From assembly GCA_963666515.2 (NCBI GenBank), contig OY762897.2, positions 3,712,001 through 3,776,000 of the forward strand: a stretch of DNA of 64,000 bases. Reading direction: 5' to 3'. Below, one piece after another: positions 1 through 11,063 of the stretch. This stretch comes from Candidatus Binatia bacterium (GTDB lineage: Bacteria > Desulfobacterota > Binatia > UBA9968 > JAJDTQ01). Every line of letters starts with the position of its first letter. Position 1 is the stretch's first letter. The notes below the pieces were generated by a model. It searched no databases. It saw nothing but the letters and a program-made list of their open reading frames with translations, and was not told where the DNA came from. A program made the position numbers and the translations under genes.

Positions 1-593
1 TGGCCGAAGCCCGACTTCTCCAGGAAGGCGCCGAAGACGATGAACAGGAAGATGAAGTTGGCCGAGATGTGGGTCGGCAGACCGAACAGTCCGTCGGTGA
101 GGAAGTACTGGTTGTCGGCCACCTCCGACGCCGAGTAGCCCAGGTGGTTGAGGAATCCGGGCAGGTAAGGCCCCAGAAAAGCGAAAAGGAAAATGATCAG
201 GGCCAGCCCCGCCAGCGGCCAGCCCACGGCGCGGCGGCAGGCCTCCAGCGTCAGCGCCACCGCGCCGAAAGCCAGGACGAACTGGAAGAAGGCGAAGTCC
301 TCGGTGTAGCCGATGTGCTGGATGATCCACTCGTACTCGTAGAAGAGATAGCCCATGGTCACGAGCCACAGGCCGATGACCACGACGTCGTACCAGGGGA
401 GCTTCCCGTCATCCGGCCGGCGGAACGCCGGGAAGCTCAGGAAGGTGATGAGCATCATCAGCGTGACGTGGAGCACGCGATGCAGGTACGCCTCGGGTTG
501 CCCGAAGAAGCCGGTGTAGATGTGGTAGGCCGAGGTCGAGAAAGCCACCAGGGTCAGGATGATCCCGGCGGGGCCTGTCAGTTTGCGCTCCAT
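1..593 (-). CDS. TRAP transporter fused permease (4TM/12TM, TAXI-associated), truncated by the window edge
   Basis: Manual translation from the ATG at 593 gives MERKLTGPAGIILTLVAFSTSAYHIYTG...LEACRRAVGWPL...DGLFGLPTHISANFIFLFIVFGAFLEKSG, typical of DctM-fused permeases. It lies directly downstream of a TAXI receptor. Confidence 0.88.
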   Translation of the reverse strand, partial: MERKLTGPAGIILTLVAFSTSAYHIYTGFFGQPEAYLHRVLHVTLMMLITFLSFPAFRRPDDGKLPWYDVVVIGLWLVTMGYLFYEYEWIIQHIGYTEDFAFFQFVLAFGAVALTLEACRRAVGWPLAGLALIIFLFAFLGPYLPGFLNHLGYSASEVADNQYFLTDGLFGLPTHISANFIFLFIVFGAFLEKSGFG

Positions 594-680
594 AGGACCG
601 TTCTCTGCCGCATGTCCGAGGCGTCGGTGACACCCGGGCTTTCGTTCACGTCAGGTTGGTTGGAAGTGTGGAGGCGGAAA

Positions 681-706
681 GAGGGCCGGCGTCCGCGCCG
701 GCCCTC
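681..706. terminator. GC-rich hairpin between the TAXI receptor and permease
   Basis: Inverted repeat gagggccggcg-tccg-cgccggccctc. Confidence 0.5.
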
Positions 707-725
707 TCGTCATGGGGGGCTCCCT

Positions 726-1682
726 CTACTTGAGGACGCCCTTCTCCTTCAGATACCTGTCCAGGCCGGCGTGCCGCGGCGCGCCCACGTTGAGGGTGGC
801 GTTGGCCAGCTTGACCCGATCGAAAGCCTTCACCGCTCCCGCGAAGTCGCCCAGGTTGTCGTAGACGTTCTTCGTGAGCTTGTAGACGCGCTCTGCCGGA
901 ACGTCTTCATTCGTGATGATGAGCAGGAAGGTCTGGACGGTGTGCACGTCGTTCTTCTGATCGTAGTGCTTCTTGTCCATCGTGAACGGAACGACGCCGG
1001 CATTGGCCGCGTTCATCTTCGCCACGTCCTCCTTGGAGAACGAGAGGATGCGGATCGGCGCGTGCGCCGCCAACTGGACGATGGGCGCGTAGTTCTCCTC
1101 GCCGGGTCCCAGGTAGGCGTCGATGTGGTTGTCCTTCATCTGCGCCACGGCGTCGTTGAAGCCGAGGTAGTTGACCTTGGAGAAGTCATCATAGCTGATG
1201 CCGAGGGCGCCCAGCATCTGCTGGTTCAACGCCTGGAACGAGAACCGCTTGGGCATGACGTTGACCCGCTTGCCCTTGAGCTGCTGGTACGAAGTGACGT
1301 CGGACTTGGCCCACACCAGCCAGAACAGGTAGTTGGGATAAAGCACCGCGGCCACGCGCACCTTCTTGGCCTGCGCCTCCTTGCCCTTGAACATCTTGGC
1401 CCCCTTGAGGGCTTCCTGGATGCTCGTGGCGCTGGAGAGGCCGAAGCTCATCTTGCCGGCCATGACGTTCAGCAGGTTGGACGTGCCGCCGCCGATCTCC
1501 ACGGTCACCTTGTCGCCATCGTTCTTTTCGGCCAGCCGCTGCACCACGGTCCCGATGGGATACCAGGAGCCGCCCGGCTTCGAGGCGCCGAACTTGTAGC
1601 TCTCCGCCAGGGCCGCGGGCGCGAGCGTCGCGACAAACACCGCGACCAACGAAACTGCCAGAAACCTCTGCAATCGACTCAT
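726..1682 (-). CDS. TAXI family TRAP transporter solute-binding protein
   Basis: Signal peptide, GASKPGGSWYPIG, GGGTSNL, LKGKRVNV, DNHIDA and PRHAGLDRYLKE motifs. Start placed at MSRLQRF after an AAGGAG RBS. Confidence 0.9.
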   Translation of the reverse strand: MSRLQRFLAVSLVAVFVATLAPAALAESYKFGASKPGGSWYPIGTVVQRLAEKNDGDKVTVEIGGGTSNLLNVMAGKMSFGLSSATSIQEALKGAKMFKGKEAQAKKVRVAAVLYPNYLFWLVWAKSDVTSYQQLKGKRVNVMPKRFSFQALNQQMLGALGISYDDFSKVNYLGFNDAVAQMKDNHIDAYLGPGEENYAPIVQLAAHAPIRILSFSKEDVAKMNAANAGVVPFTMDKKHYDQKNDVHTVQTFLLIITNEDVPAERVYKLTKNVYDNLGDFAGAVKAFDRVKLANATLNVGAPRHAGLDRYLKEKGVLK

Positions 1683-1855
1683 CGTGATCTCCTTTCGCTG
1701 CTCTCTCCGGCGCCCCACAGGCAGGCGCCCGGACAATCAAGGTAGCTGAAGCTACTTGCGCCGCCCGCAAAAGTCAAGAACAATGGCGCCGCGGGCGACG
1801 TGCAGGAGTTCGTGTCGGCAAAGGGGGCGAAAGAACCGTTGGAGGTGTGCGCGCG

Positions 1856-2584
1856 ATGAGACAGACCGAGCAGTACCTGATCGACGTGGCCTATCCGTAT
1901 TGGGAGGCCGAGGCGGAGATCGCCAGGCGGTTCTTCCGCGCCGGACCGACCCGCGAGCAGCACGTCTACTGGCTCAAGGCGCAGCTATGGAAGGAGCTGC
2001 ACCCGGTGGACGGCTATTTCAGCGGCCTCCACCGGGAGCTGGCCAACCTGGTGGAAATGTTCCCCGAGGTGGACCGCACCGTCGATCGGCACCACTACCA
2101 CGGGCTCATGGAGCAGATGGTCCAGGAGTTCAACCACTACGTGCTCCAGGCCGACATCCTGGAATACCTGCTCGGCCGCAGGATCGGCGCCGGCGACACC
2201 AACCAGTTGCCGGAGGAAAAGGCCCTCGGCGATCTCCGCCGCAGCCTCGTCTCGGGCTCGGCGGTGGAGAAGGCCGCGGTGCTGGTGACCGAGGGAGGCG
2301 GCGCCAGACTGTTCCGCGAGGGGCGCAAGCTCAAGGGGAGCGTCCTCGAGCGAAAGATCGCCGCGGCCATGGACGTCATCTACCAGGACGAGAAGAGCCA
2401 CTACCGGGTGGCGGCGCGCGAGGCCGCCTCGGCCGTGGGCGGCAAACGGGACCTCCGTGCCATGAAGCGGGCCATCGAGCGCGTCAGCCTGCAGCGCGTC
2501 CACATGAGGAACGAGATGTTCCAGTTCCCGCTGACGGGGGAGGCCATCGAGCGCTGCCTGGCGAGGCACCGCAGACCCGTCTGA
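1856..2584 (+). CDS. Ferritin-like (di-iron four-helix bundle) hypothetical protein
   Basis: Helical protein with an E / QEFNH / E / DEKSH pattern (two ExxH motifs); GGAGG upstream. Confidence 0.6.
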   Translation: MRQTEQYLIDVAYPYWEAEAEIARRFFRAGPTREQHVYWLKAQLWKELHPVDGYFSGLHRELANLVEMFPEVDRTVDRHHYHGLMEQMVQEFNHYVLQADILEYLLGRRIGAGDTNQLPEEKALGDLRRSLVSGSAVEKAAVLVTEGGGARLFREGRKLKGSVLERKIAAAMDVIYQDEKSHYRVAAREAASAVGGKRDLRAMKRAIERVSLQRVHMRNEMFQFPLTGEAIERCLARHRRPV

Positions 2585-2614
2585 GTGGCGGCGCGGTGGA
2601 ACCCGCACCCGGCC

Positions 2615-3415
2615 CTACGGCCGGCCCGGCGGATGGGTCTTGGGACCGGCGCAGACGCCGCGGCGCGATGAGCGGATGAACTCCAGCAGCTCGGCGATGT
2701 CTTCCGGCGGGTCGCCCACGCCTGCCTTGAGTTCGTCCACCGCCGCACCGAGGTTGCGCCGCTTGCGGAAGAGGGTCTGAAAGGCGTTCTTGAGGGTCCG
2801 GATCCTGGTCTGGTCGAAGCCGGCCCGGCGCAGCCCGACGACGTTCAACCCGCGCACGGTGTGCTGCCAGTCGATGATGGAAAACGGCGGCACGTCGCGA
2901 CTCGTGGCGCTCATGCCGCGCATGATGGCGATCCGTCCGATGCGGACGAACTGGTGCACCGCGCAGCTCGCCGAGAGGACCGCGTGGTCGCCGACCTCCA
3001 CGTAGCCGCCGAGCACCGCATTGTTGGTCAGGATGATGTGGTTGCCCAGCCGGCAGTTGTGGGCCACGTGGCTGTTGGCCATCAGGAGGTTGTCGTCGCC
3101 GACCACCGTGGTGGTGTCGACCCCGGTACCCCGGTGGACCTGGACGCCCTCGCGGAATACGTTGCGGTCGCCGATCCGGAGGTAGGACTTGGCGCCGCGG
3201 TAGGACAGGTCCTGCGGCGCGTCGCCCAGCACCGCGCCGCTGTGCACCTCGTTGCCCTCGCCGATCTCCGTCCGGCCCATGACCACCGCGTGCGGCAAAA
3301 GGCGCGTTCCCGCGCCGATCTTCACCGGACCGTCCACTACGGCATAGGGGCCCAACTCGGCCTCGGGATGGATTTCGGCCCGTGGGTCCACCACGGCTGT
3401 GGGATGTATCGGCAT
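2615..3415 (-). CDS. lpxA: Acyl-ACP--UDP-N-acetylglucosamine O-acyltransferase
   Basis: IHPTAVVDP hexapeptide repeats, PQDL, HRGT, NSHVAHNC, HQFVRIG, DVPPF, GLNVVGLRR. Confidence 0.92.
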   Translation of the reverse strand: MPIHPTAVVDPRAEIHPEAELGPYAVVDGPVKIGAGTRLLPHAVVMGRTEIGEGNEVHSGAVLGDAPQDLSYRGAKSYLRIGDRNVFREGVQVHRGTGVDTTTVVGDDNLLMANSHVAHNCRLGNHIILTNNAVLGGYVEVGDHAVLSASCAVHQFVRIGRIAIMRGMSATSRDVPPFSIIDWQHTVRGLNVVGLRRAGFDQTRIRTLKNAFQTLFRKRRNLGAAVDELKAGVGDPPEDIAELLEFIRSSRRGVCAGPKTHPPGRP

Positions 3416-3528
3416 GGGTGACGTCCGCCGGCGCTATTTCCTGTGTTGGATCCTGTGCTGGAGGCCGCTCGCGGGTGCGGGGTCCGGTCTCATCAAGGGT
3501 CGGTCTGGTCGGCAGGCCGCTATTCGTC

Positions 3529-3720
3529 TCATTGACGGTCTGTCTCGTCGGCAGGCTGCGACTCGTCTTCGAGGTCGTCGCCGGCGATCCGGTACTTCCC
3601 GTCCGCCCAAGCGCCGAGATCCAGGAATCGGCAGCGTTCCGAGCAGAAGGGCCGGTGCGGGTTGCCGGTCCACGGCGCTTGGTTGTGGCAAATGGGGCAA
3701 TTGACTGAGGTCGGCATCAT
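3529..3720 (-). CDS. yacG: DNA gyrase inhibitor YacG
   Basis: CPIC...RPFCSERCRFLDLGAWADGKYRI zinc-finger signature and acidic tail. Confidence 0.93.
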   Translation of the reverse strand: MMPTSVNCPICHNQAPWTGNPHRPFCSERCRFLDLGAWADGKYRIAGDDLEDESQPADETDRQ

Positions 3721-3809
3721 GCTCCAGGCCGCCGGAGTCCGGCGGCACCCTCTTGAGTATCAGGTCGGTGGCGATTTTTCAAAAGCAGGCCCCAGGAGTT
3801 AGCCCATTT

Positions 3810-3836
3810 CCGTTCGCCCCGAGCCCGTCGAAGGGC
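3810..3836. repeat. REP-like element, CCCTTCGAC...GAACGG family (single arm)
   Basis: ccgttcgccccgagcccgtcgaagggc, related to the copies at 10132 and 15272. Confidence 0.55.
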
Positions 3837-3887
3837 CTTGAGAGCGGGGAGCGACGAAGGCATACTGCGAGGAGGGAGCGAAACGGG

Positions 3888-4841
3888 ATGAGCGACCGGT
3901 TGCCGATAATCATACTGGCCGGCGGCAACGATCGACTGGAGACGATACCCCGGGGATTTGCGGCCGACGACGTGTTGCGCGGCTTCAAGGGCGCGGTGAG
4001 ACTCCCGTCCGGGCGCTGCATCGCGGGCGAGCTGGTCGAGCGGATGCGCGAGAGCGGGCGGTTCGAAGACCCCATCGTGGTGGGGCCGCGCCGCGTCTAC
4101 GGCGGCTTGGTGGATTGCGAGATCGCGGACACCACCGGCGACCTGCCGGCCACCATCGCGGAGTTCACCGCACTGCTGACCCGGCGCTACCCGGGCCGGC
4201 CCGTCGCCGTGTCCGCGTGCGATATCCTTCCCACCGCCGCGGACTTCCGGACGCTTCTGGACGAATCGTACTTCCCGCACGCCGGCAGCGGACTGTGGTG
4301 GCAGTTGATCGAGGCCCACCCCGAAGAGATGGGCGTCAGCGACTGGAAGCCCAGCTATCGTCTGCGGCCGGGGCCGGAGGAGCCTCCGTTGAACCTGTAC
4401 CCGGGGCATCTCGTGATCCTCCGGTCCGACGCGGTCCGTCTCGACATCTTCAACCGGTTCCTGATGCTGGCCTACCGCTTTCGCAACCGCGGCGTCTACG
4501 AACGGGTGATCCGCATCACGCTTCGGGCACTGGGCCTGTGGCTGGCCGACGACTTGAAAAGAATCGGCTCGTTGCGGTGGCCCGGGCGCATCGTGGCGGC
4601 CCCTTACGGCATCTTCAGGACCTATCGCAGGTACTCCCTCGAACGGCTCACGGTCCCCGGCCTCGCCGCCGAGCTGACCCGGCAGATCATGGAGCCGCGC
4701 CGCACCGGCGGCTTCGACCATCCTGTGGCCATGGTGGTGACCCGGATCCGCTCCTTTGCCAAGGACATCGACACCCGGCCGGAACTGGAGGAAATCCTGG
4801 GGGAAGCGGATGGGGGCGGGGACCGCGCGCCAGCTTCGTAG
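3888..4841 (+). CDS. Hypothetical protein, nucleotidyltransferase (MobA/NTP-transferase)-like fold
   Basis: N-terminal IIILAGG, central ACDILP, C-terminal KDIDT (DxD). Confidence 0.5.
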   Translation: MSDRLPIIILAGGNDRLETIPRGFAADDVLRGFKGAVRLPSGRCIAGELVERMRESGRFEDPIVVGPRRVYGGLVDCEIADTTGDLPATIAEFTALLTRRYPGRPVAVSACDILPTAADFRTLLDESYFPHAGSGLWWQLIEAHPEEMGVSDWKPSYRLRPGPEEPPLNLYPGHLVILRSDAVRLDIFNRFLMLAYRFRNRGVYERVIRITLRALGLWLADDLKRIGSLRWPGRIVAAPYGIFRTYRRYSLERLTVPGLAAELTRQIMEPRRTGGFDHPVAMVVTRIRSFAKDIDTRPELEEILGEADGGGDRAPAS

Positions 4842-4861
4842 GGCGGGTTTCAACCCCGGTC
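4838..4861. repeat. GTAG-type REP-like palindrome between convergent genes
   Basis: gtagggcgggtttcaaccccggtc overlapping both stop codons. Confidence 0.45.
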
Positions 4862-5593
4862 GTGAACGCCGAGTTCCGCCAGCCACTGATGGAGGAATGC
4901 CTCGCCCTGGCGTTCCAGCACGGGCGCGGCGCCGGCGGTGGAGGTCCGGAGTTCCTCGACCGAGATGCCCGGCGTGGTCTCGATCTCCAGGGTGTGGCCG
5001 ATGAACCAGCGTTCGAGGCCGCCGGCCGTCACCTCGACGTGAAATTGCAAGGCCAGCCCGCGGGCTCCCCAGAGGAACGCCTGGTTCTCACAAACTGCGG
5101 TGGAGGCAAGATGCACGGCGCCGCGGGGCAGGTCGAAGGTATCCCCGTGCCAGTGCAGCACGGACGTCTTGTCGGGCGCCAGGTGGCGCAACGCCGACGC
5201 GCCGCCCGCCTCGGTCAGGGACAGAGGCGCCCAGCCGATCTCCTTCGTTCCCGCGCCGTAAACGCGCGCGCCCAGCGCCCGGGCCATGAGCTGGGCGCCC
5301 AGGCAGATGCCCAGGGTGGGCCGGTCGTCGCCGAGCCGGCGCTCCAGTATCCGCGCCTCGTCCGCGAGGAAGGGATACTGCCGGTCGTCGCCGGCGCCGA
5401 TGGGACCGCCGAGGACGACGAGCAGATCGGCTCCGGCCGCTCCTGCCCGGTCGAGGTCGTCAAGGCCGGCCTCGACGTATTCGATGCCGTACCCGTGCCG
5501 GATCAGCGGCTCGGCGAACGAGCCCAAGTCTTCGAAGGCCACGTGCCGGATGACCACGGCGCGCCGGGCGGCAGGGGGTGCGGAATCGGCCAT
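4850..5593 (-). CDS. Class I glutamine amidotransferase
   Basis: RHVAFEDLG, LGGPIG, GICLGAQL (Cys nucleophile), HWHGDTF, QFHVE (His-x-Glu). Confidence 0.9.
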   Translation of the reverse strand: MADSAPPAARRAVVIRHVAFEDLGSFAEPLIRHGYGIEYVEAGLDDLDRAGAAGADLLVVLGGPIGAGDDRQYPFLADEARILERRLGDDRPTLGICLGAQLMARALGARVYGAGTKEIGWAPLSLTEAGGASALRHLAPDKTSVLHWHGDTFDLPRGAVHLASTAVCENQAFLWGARGLALQFHVEVTAGGLERWFIGHTLEIETTPGISVEELRTSTAGAAPVLERQGEAFLHQWLAELGVHDRG

Positions 5594-5665
5594 GACGGGG
5601 TAAACCTGGAGCAACCTTCCCACTAGCGCGGGAAGCACCCAAACTCAACCGGAAGGCTGGAGGGC

Positions 5666-7447
<1,782 letters not shown>

Positions 7448-7479
7448 CCCTCGTTCGCGCGCCGGAGTAGACTGACTTC

Positions 7480-10131
7480 ATGGCCGCGAAAGACAAGCGC
7501 CGCATCGTTCTTCTGGACAGCTACTCCCTCGCGTTCCGCGCCTTTTTCGCCCTGCCGGAGACCCTGGTCACCAGTTCCGGGCAGGTGACCAACGCGGTTT
7601 CGGGCTTCACCTCGATGCTCATCAAGCTGGAGAGCGAGGAGCGGCCAGACGCGGTCATCGCGTGCATGGACAAGGGCGAGCCGCAGTTCCGCCTGGACCA
7701 GTACCCGGCGTACAAGGCGGGGCGGGGCGAGACCCCCGATACCCTCCGGCAGCAGTTCCCGCTTATCCGCGCGGTGCTGGAGGCGCTGTGCGTCCCGGTG
7801 GTGGAACTGGAAGGGTACGAGGCCGACGATCTGCTGGCTACGCTGGCCCGCCGCGGCCGCGAAGCCGGGCACCACGTGATCATCGTCAGCGGCGACCGCG
7901 ACTGTCTCCAGCTCGTGAACGACGACGTCACCGTGCTGATGAACCGCCGGGGCGTCACCGACATGATCCGCTACGATCCGGCGATGGTGGAGGAGCGCTA
8001 CGGGGTCGCCCCCGAGCGCTGGACCGAGTTCGCCGCCCTCAAGGGCGAGCAGGCTGACAACCTTCCCGGCGTCCCCGGCGTGGGCGACAAGACCGCGGCC
8101 AAGCTGCTGGCGCAATACGGCAGCATCGAGGGCATCATCGAGCACGCCGCCGAGCTGACCCCGAAGATCCGCAAGGGCATCGAGGAGTGCGCCGACCAGG
8201 TGAAGCTCAACCGCAAGCTCGGGCGGCTGCTGGACGACGTGCCGCTGGAGACCGACGAGAGCCTGTTCGTGCGCCGGCCGTGGGATCCGGAGACGGTGCG
8301 CAAGCTGTTCACCTCGCTGGAGTTCCGTACGCTGTACCAGCGGCTCCTGGCGCTGGCGCCGGAGGCGGAGCCCGCGGAGGAGGCGGTGATCCGGCCGTCG
8401 TCCATCTCCCGGTGGACTTCCGGCGCGGACGTCCCCGAGGGCGATGCGGTGGCGGTGGCCTGGGACGATGTGGACGGCGGCATGGCGGCGCTGTGCGCGC
8501 GGCCCGGCGAGGTGGGGATGCTGCCGCTGGAGGTGGCCGCGGGGCCGGACGAAGTGCTGGCGGACGGGGACACCGCCAAGGTGGTGTACGAGGCCAAGCC
8601 GCTCTACGGCGCCATGCTCCGCAACGGCGCCCGGCTGGGCGGCGTGCGCTGCGATCTCAAGATCGCCGCCTACCTGCTGGACCCCGGCGCCAGCGGCGGC
8701 TACGCGCTCAAGGACATCGTGCGCCGCTACCTCGACGCGGAGTTGGAGGGCGAGGCCGCGGAGGCCCCGGACGGTCCGGCACAGGGCGACCTCCTGAACC
8801 CCGGCGACGAGGATCGGGAGGCGGCGGCGCGCCGGCGCCGGCTGGCGGCCGAGGCCGCGGCGGTGCAGGCGCTGGCGCCGGTGCTGGAGGCGCGGCTCAA
8901 GGAGGCCGGGAGCTGGGAGCTGGCGCAGACGCTGGAGTTCCCGCTGACCGAGGTGCTGGCGCGCATGGAGCACGCCGGCATCCTGGTGGACGACGGCTAT
9001 CTCGGCGGTCTCAACCGGGAGCTGGGGGAGCGCATGGACGCGCTCCAGGCGAGGGTGCAGGAGCACGCCGGCGAGCCCTTCAACGTCAACTCCCATCCGC
9101 AGTTGTCGCGCATCCTGTTCGAGAAGCTCGGGCTGCCCAAGACCAAGAAGATCAAGACCGGCTACTCCACCGACGCCGCGGAGTTGGGCAAGCTGGCCGG
9201 CGCCCATCCCATCATCGACGCGCTGCTGGAATACCGCGAGGTGGCCAAGCTCAGGACCGGGTTCACCGACTCGCTGCTGAGCCTGGTGAACGCGGACACG
9301 GGGCGCATCCACACCACCTACGAGCAGGCCGCGGCCGCCACCGGTCGGCTGTCGTCCTCGGCGCCCAACCTGCAAAACATCCCGATCCGGGCCGACCTCG
9401 GGCGGCAGATCCGGCGCGCCTTCGTGGCGCCGCAGGACAGCGTGCTGGTCTCCGCGGACTATTCGCAGATCGAGCTGCGCATCCTGGCGCACCTGTCAGA
9501 GGACGAGAGCTTCCTGGCGGCCTTCGCCCAGGGCCACGACTTCCACGCCGCCACCGCGGCCAAGGTGTTCGGCGTGGACCTGCCGGACGTCACCTCGGAG
9601 ATGCGCAGCCGCGTCAAGCAGTTCTCCTACGGCATCGCCTACGGCATGTCCGCGTTCGGGGTGTCCCAGCGGCTGGGCATCGAGGTGGGCGAGGCGCGGG
9701 AGTTCATCGACGCCTACTACGCCCAGTTCCCGGCGGTGAAGGCGTTCCTGGACGCGCAGGTGGAGAAGGCCAAGGTGGACGGCTTCACCACCACCATGTT
9801 CGGGCGCCGGCGCTACCTGCCGGAGCTTCAGTCCGCCAACTACCGGTTGCGGGCGGTGGGCGAGCGCATGGCCCTCAACGCGCCGATCCAGGGCAGCGCC
9901 GCGGACATCATGAAGCGGGCCATGATCGCGGTGGACCGGGCGCTGCTGGAGGAGCCGGCCGCGCGCATGCTGCTCACGGTCCACGACGAGCTGGTGTTCG
10001 AGGTGCCCCGCGCCTCGCTGGACCGGGCCACGGCGCTGGTCAAGGAGCGCATGGAGGGCGCCGCGGAGCTGCGCTGCGGGCTGGTGGTGGACGTCCACAC
10101 CGGGGAGAACTGGGCCGACGCGCACGCATAG
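7480..10131 (+). CDS. polA: DNA polymerase I
   Basis: 5'-3' exonuclease motifs (YEADD, SGDRD, PGVGDKTA), motif A DYSQIELRILAH, motif B KQFSYGIAYG, motif C VHDELVFE. Confidence 0.97.
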   Translation: MAAKDKRRIVLLDSYSLAFRAFFALPETLVTSSGQVTNAVSGFTSMLIKLESEERPDAVIACMDKGEPQFRLDQYPAYKAGRGETPDTLRQQFPLIRAVLEALCVPVVELEGYEADDLLATLARRGREAGHHVIIVSGDRDCLQLVNDDVTVLMNRRGVTDMIRYDPAMVEERYGVAPERWTEFAALKGEQADNLPGVPGVGDKTAAKLLAQYGSIEGIIEHAAELTPKIRKGIEECADQVKLNRKLGRLLDDVPLETDESLFVRRPWDPETVRKLFTSLEFRTLYQRLLALAPEAEPAEEAVIRPSSISRWTSGADVPEGDAVAVAWDDVDGGMAALCARPGEVGMLPLEVAAGPDEVLADGDTAKVVYEAKPLYGAMLRNGARLGGVRCDLKIAAYLLDPGASGGYALKDIVRRYLDAELEGEAAEAPDGPAQGDLLNPGDEDREAAARRRRLAAEAAAVQALAPVLEARLKEAGSWELAQTLEFPLTEVLARMEHAGILVDDGYLGGLNRELGERMDALQARVQEHAGEPFNVNSHPQLSRILFEKLGLPKTKKIKTGYSTDAAELGKLAGAHPIIDALLEYREVAKLRTGFTDSLLSLVNADTGRIHTTYEQAAAATGRLSSSAPNLQNIPIRADLGRQIRRAFVAPQDSVLVSADYSQIELRILAHLSEDESFLAAFAQGHDFHAATAAKVFGVDLPDVTSEMRSRVKQFSYGIAYGMSAFGVSQRLGIEVGEAREFIDAYYAQFPAVKAFLDAQVEKAKVDGFTTTMFGRRRYLPELQSANYRLRAVGERMALNAPIQGSAADIMKRAMIAVDRALLEEPAARMLLTVHDELVFEVPRASLDRATALVKERMEGAAELRCGLVVDVHTGENWADAHA

Positions 10132-10164
10132 GCCCTTCGACTTCGCTCCGCTACGCTCAGGGCG
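10132..10164. repeat. REP-like element, CCCTTCGAC family
   Basis: gcccttcgacttcgctccgctacgctcagggcg immediately after the polA stop; near reverse complement of 15320-15351. Confidence 0.65.
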
Positions 10165-10181
10165 CAAGCTCGGAGGTGTAC

Positions 10182-11063
10182 ATGACCTGGTTGCAGGAAT
10201 TCCCGACCCTTGACGAAGCCTCGTTGCGCACCCTCAAGAAGGCGTTCGACTCCGGCTATCGGTCGTTCTCCAGGAGCTACGGCGACGCCATCGAGAGCTT
10301 CTTCGATCCCCTGCTCTACTTCCTGGTGTGGTTCGAGCGGCTCCTGCTGGCCACCCCCTGGTGGCTGGTGATCATCGTGGTGGCGTTCGTGTGCTACGTG
10401 GCCGGCCGCAGCCGGAAGCTCTCCATCGCCGTGGCCGCGGCGCTCTTCCTCATCGGCTACCTGGGCATGTGGGACGACACCATGCGCACCCTGGCCATCA
10501 TCTTCGTCTCCACCATCATCGCCATCGCCATCGGCATCCCGGTGGGCATCTGGATGTCCCGCTCCGACCGGGTGCAGGCCCTCATCACGCCGATACTCGA
10601 CATCATGCAGACCATGCCCATCTTCGTCTACCTGATCCCGGTGGTGATGCTGTTCGGCCTCGGCAAGATCCCGGGGCTGATCGCGGTGGTGATCTACGCG
10701 GTGCCGCCGGTCATCCGGCTCACCAACCTGGGCATCCGGCTGGTGGACAAGGAGGTGCTGGAGGCCGCCGACGCCTTCGGCACCGACACCTGGAGGCGGC
10801 TGTTCGACATCCAGATGCCGCTGGCGCTCCCCAACATCATGGCGGGCGTCAACCAGACCATCATGATGGCGCTCTCCATGGTGGTCATCGCTTCCATGAT
10901 CGGGGTCAAGGGCCTGGGCCAGCCGGTGCTCCAGGCGGTGACCAACCAGTACTTCGCGCTGGGCCTGTTCAACGGGGCCGCGGTGGTGGCGCTGGCCATC
11001 GTGTTCGACCGCATCACCCAGAGCTACGGCAGGCGCATACAAACCAGCAGGCAGACGTCATGA
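10182..11063 (+). CDS. proW: Glycine betaine/proline ABC transporter permease
   Basis: PILDIMQTMPIFVYLIP, EAADAFG (EAA loop), MAGVNQTIMMALSMVVIASMIG; GGAGG RBS. Confidence 0.9.
   Translation: MTWLQEFPTLDEASLRTLKKAFDSGYRSFSRSYGDAIESFFDPLLYFLVWFERLLLATPWWLVIIVVAFVCYVAGRSRKLSIAVAAALFLIGYLGMWDDTMRTLAIIFVSTIIAIAIGIPVGIWMSRSDRVQALITPILDIMQTMPIFVYLIPVVMLFGLGKIPGLIAVVIYAVPPVIRLTNLGIRLVDKEVLEAADAFGTDTWRRLFDIQMPLALPNIMAGVNQTIMMALSMVVIASMIGVKGLGQPVLQAVTNQYFALGLFNGAAVVALAIVFDRITQSYGRRIQTSRQTS

Noticed and set aside
8187-10181. 958-aa ORF as an N-terminally extended ProW
   Set aside because: The extension is an alternate frame of polA with Arg/Gly/Ala-rich junk; a good RBS and ATG lie at 10182
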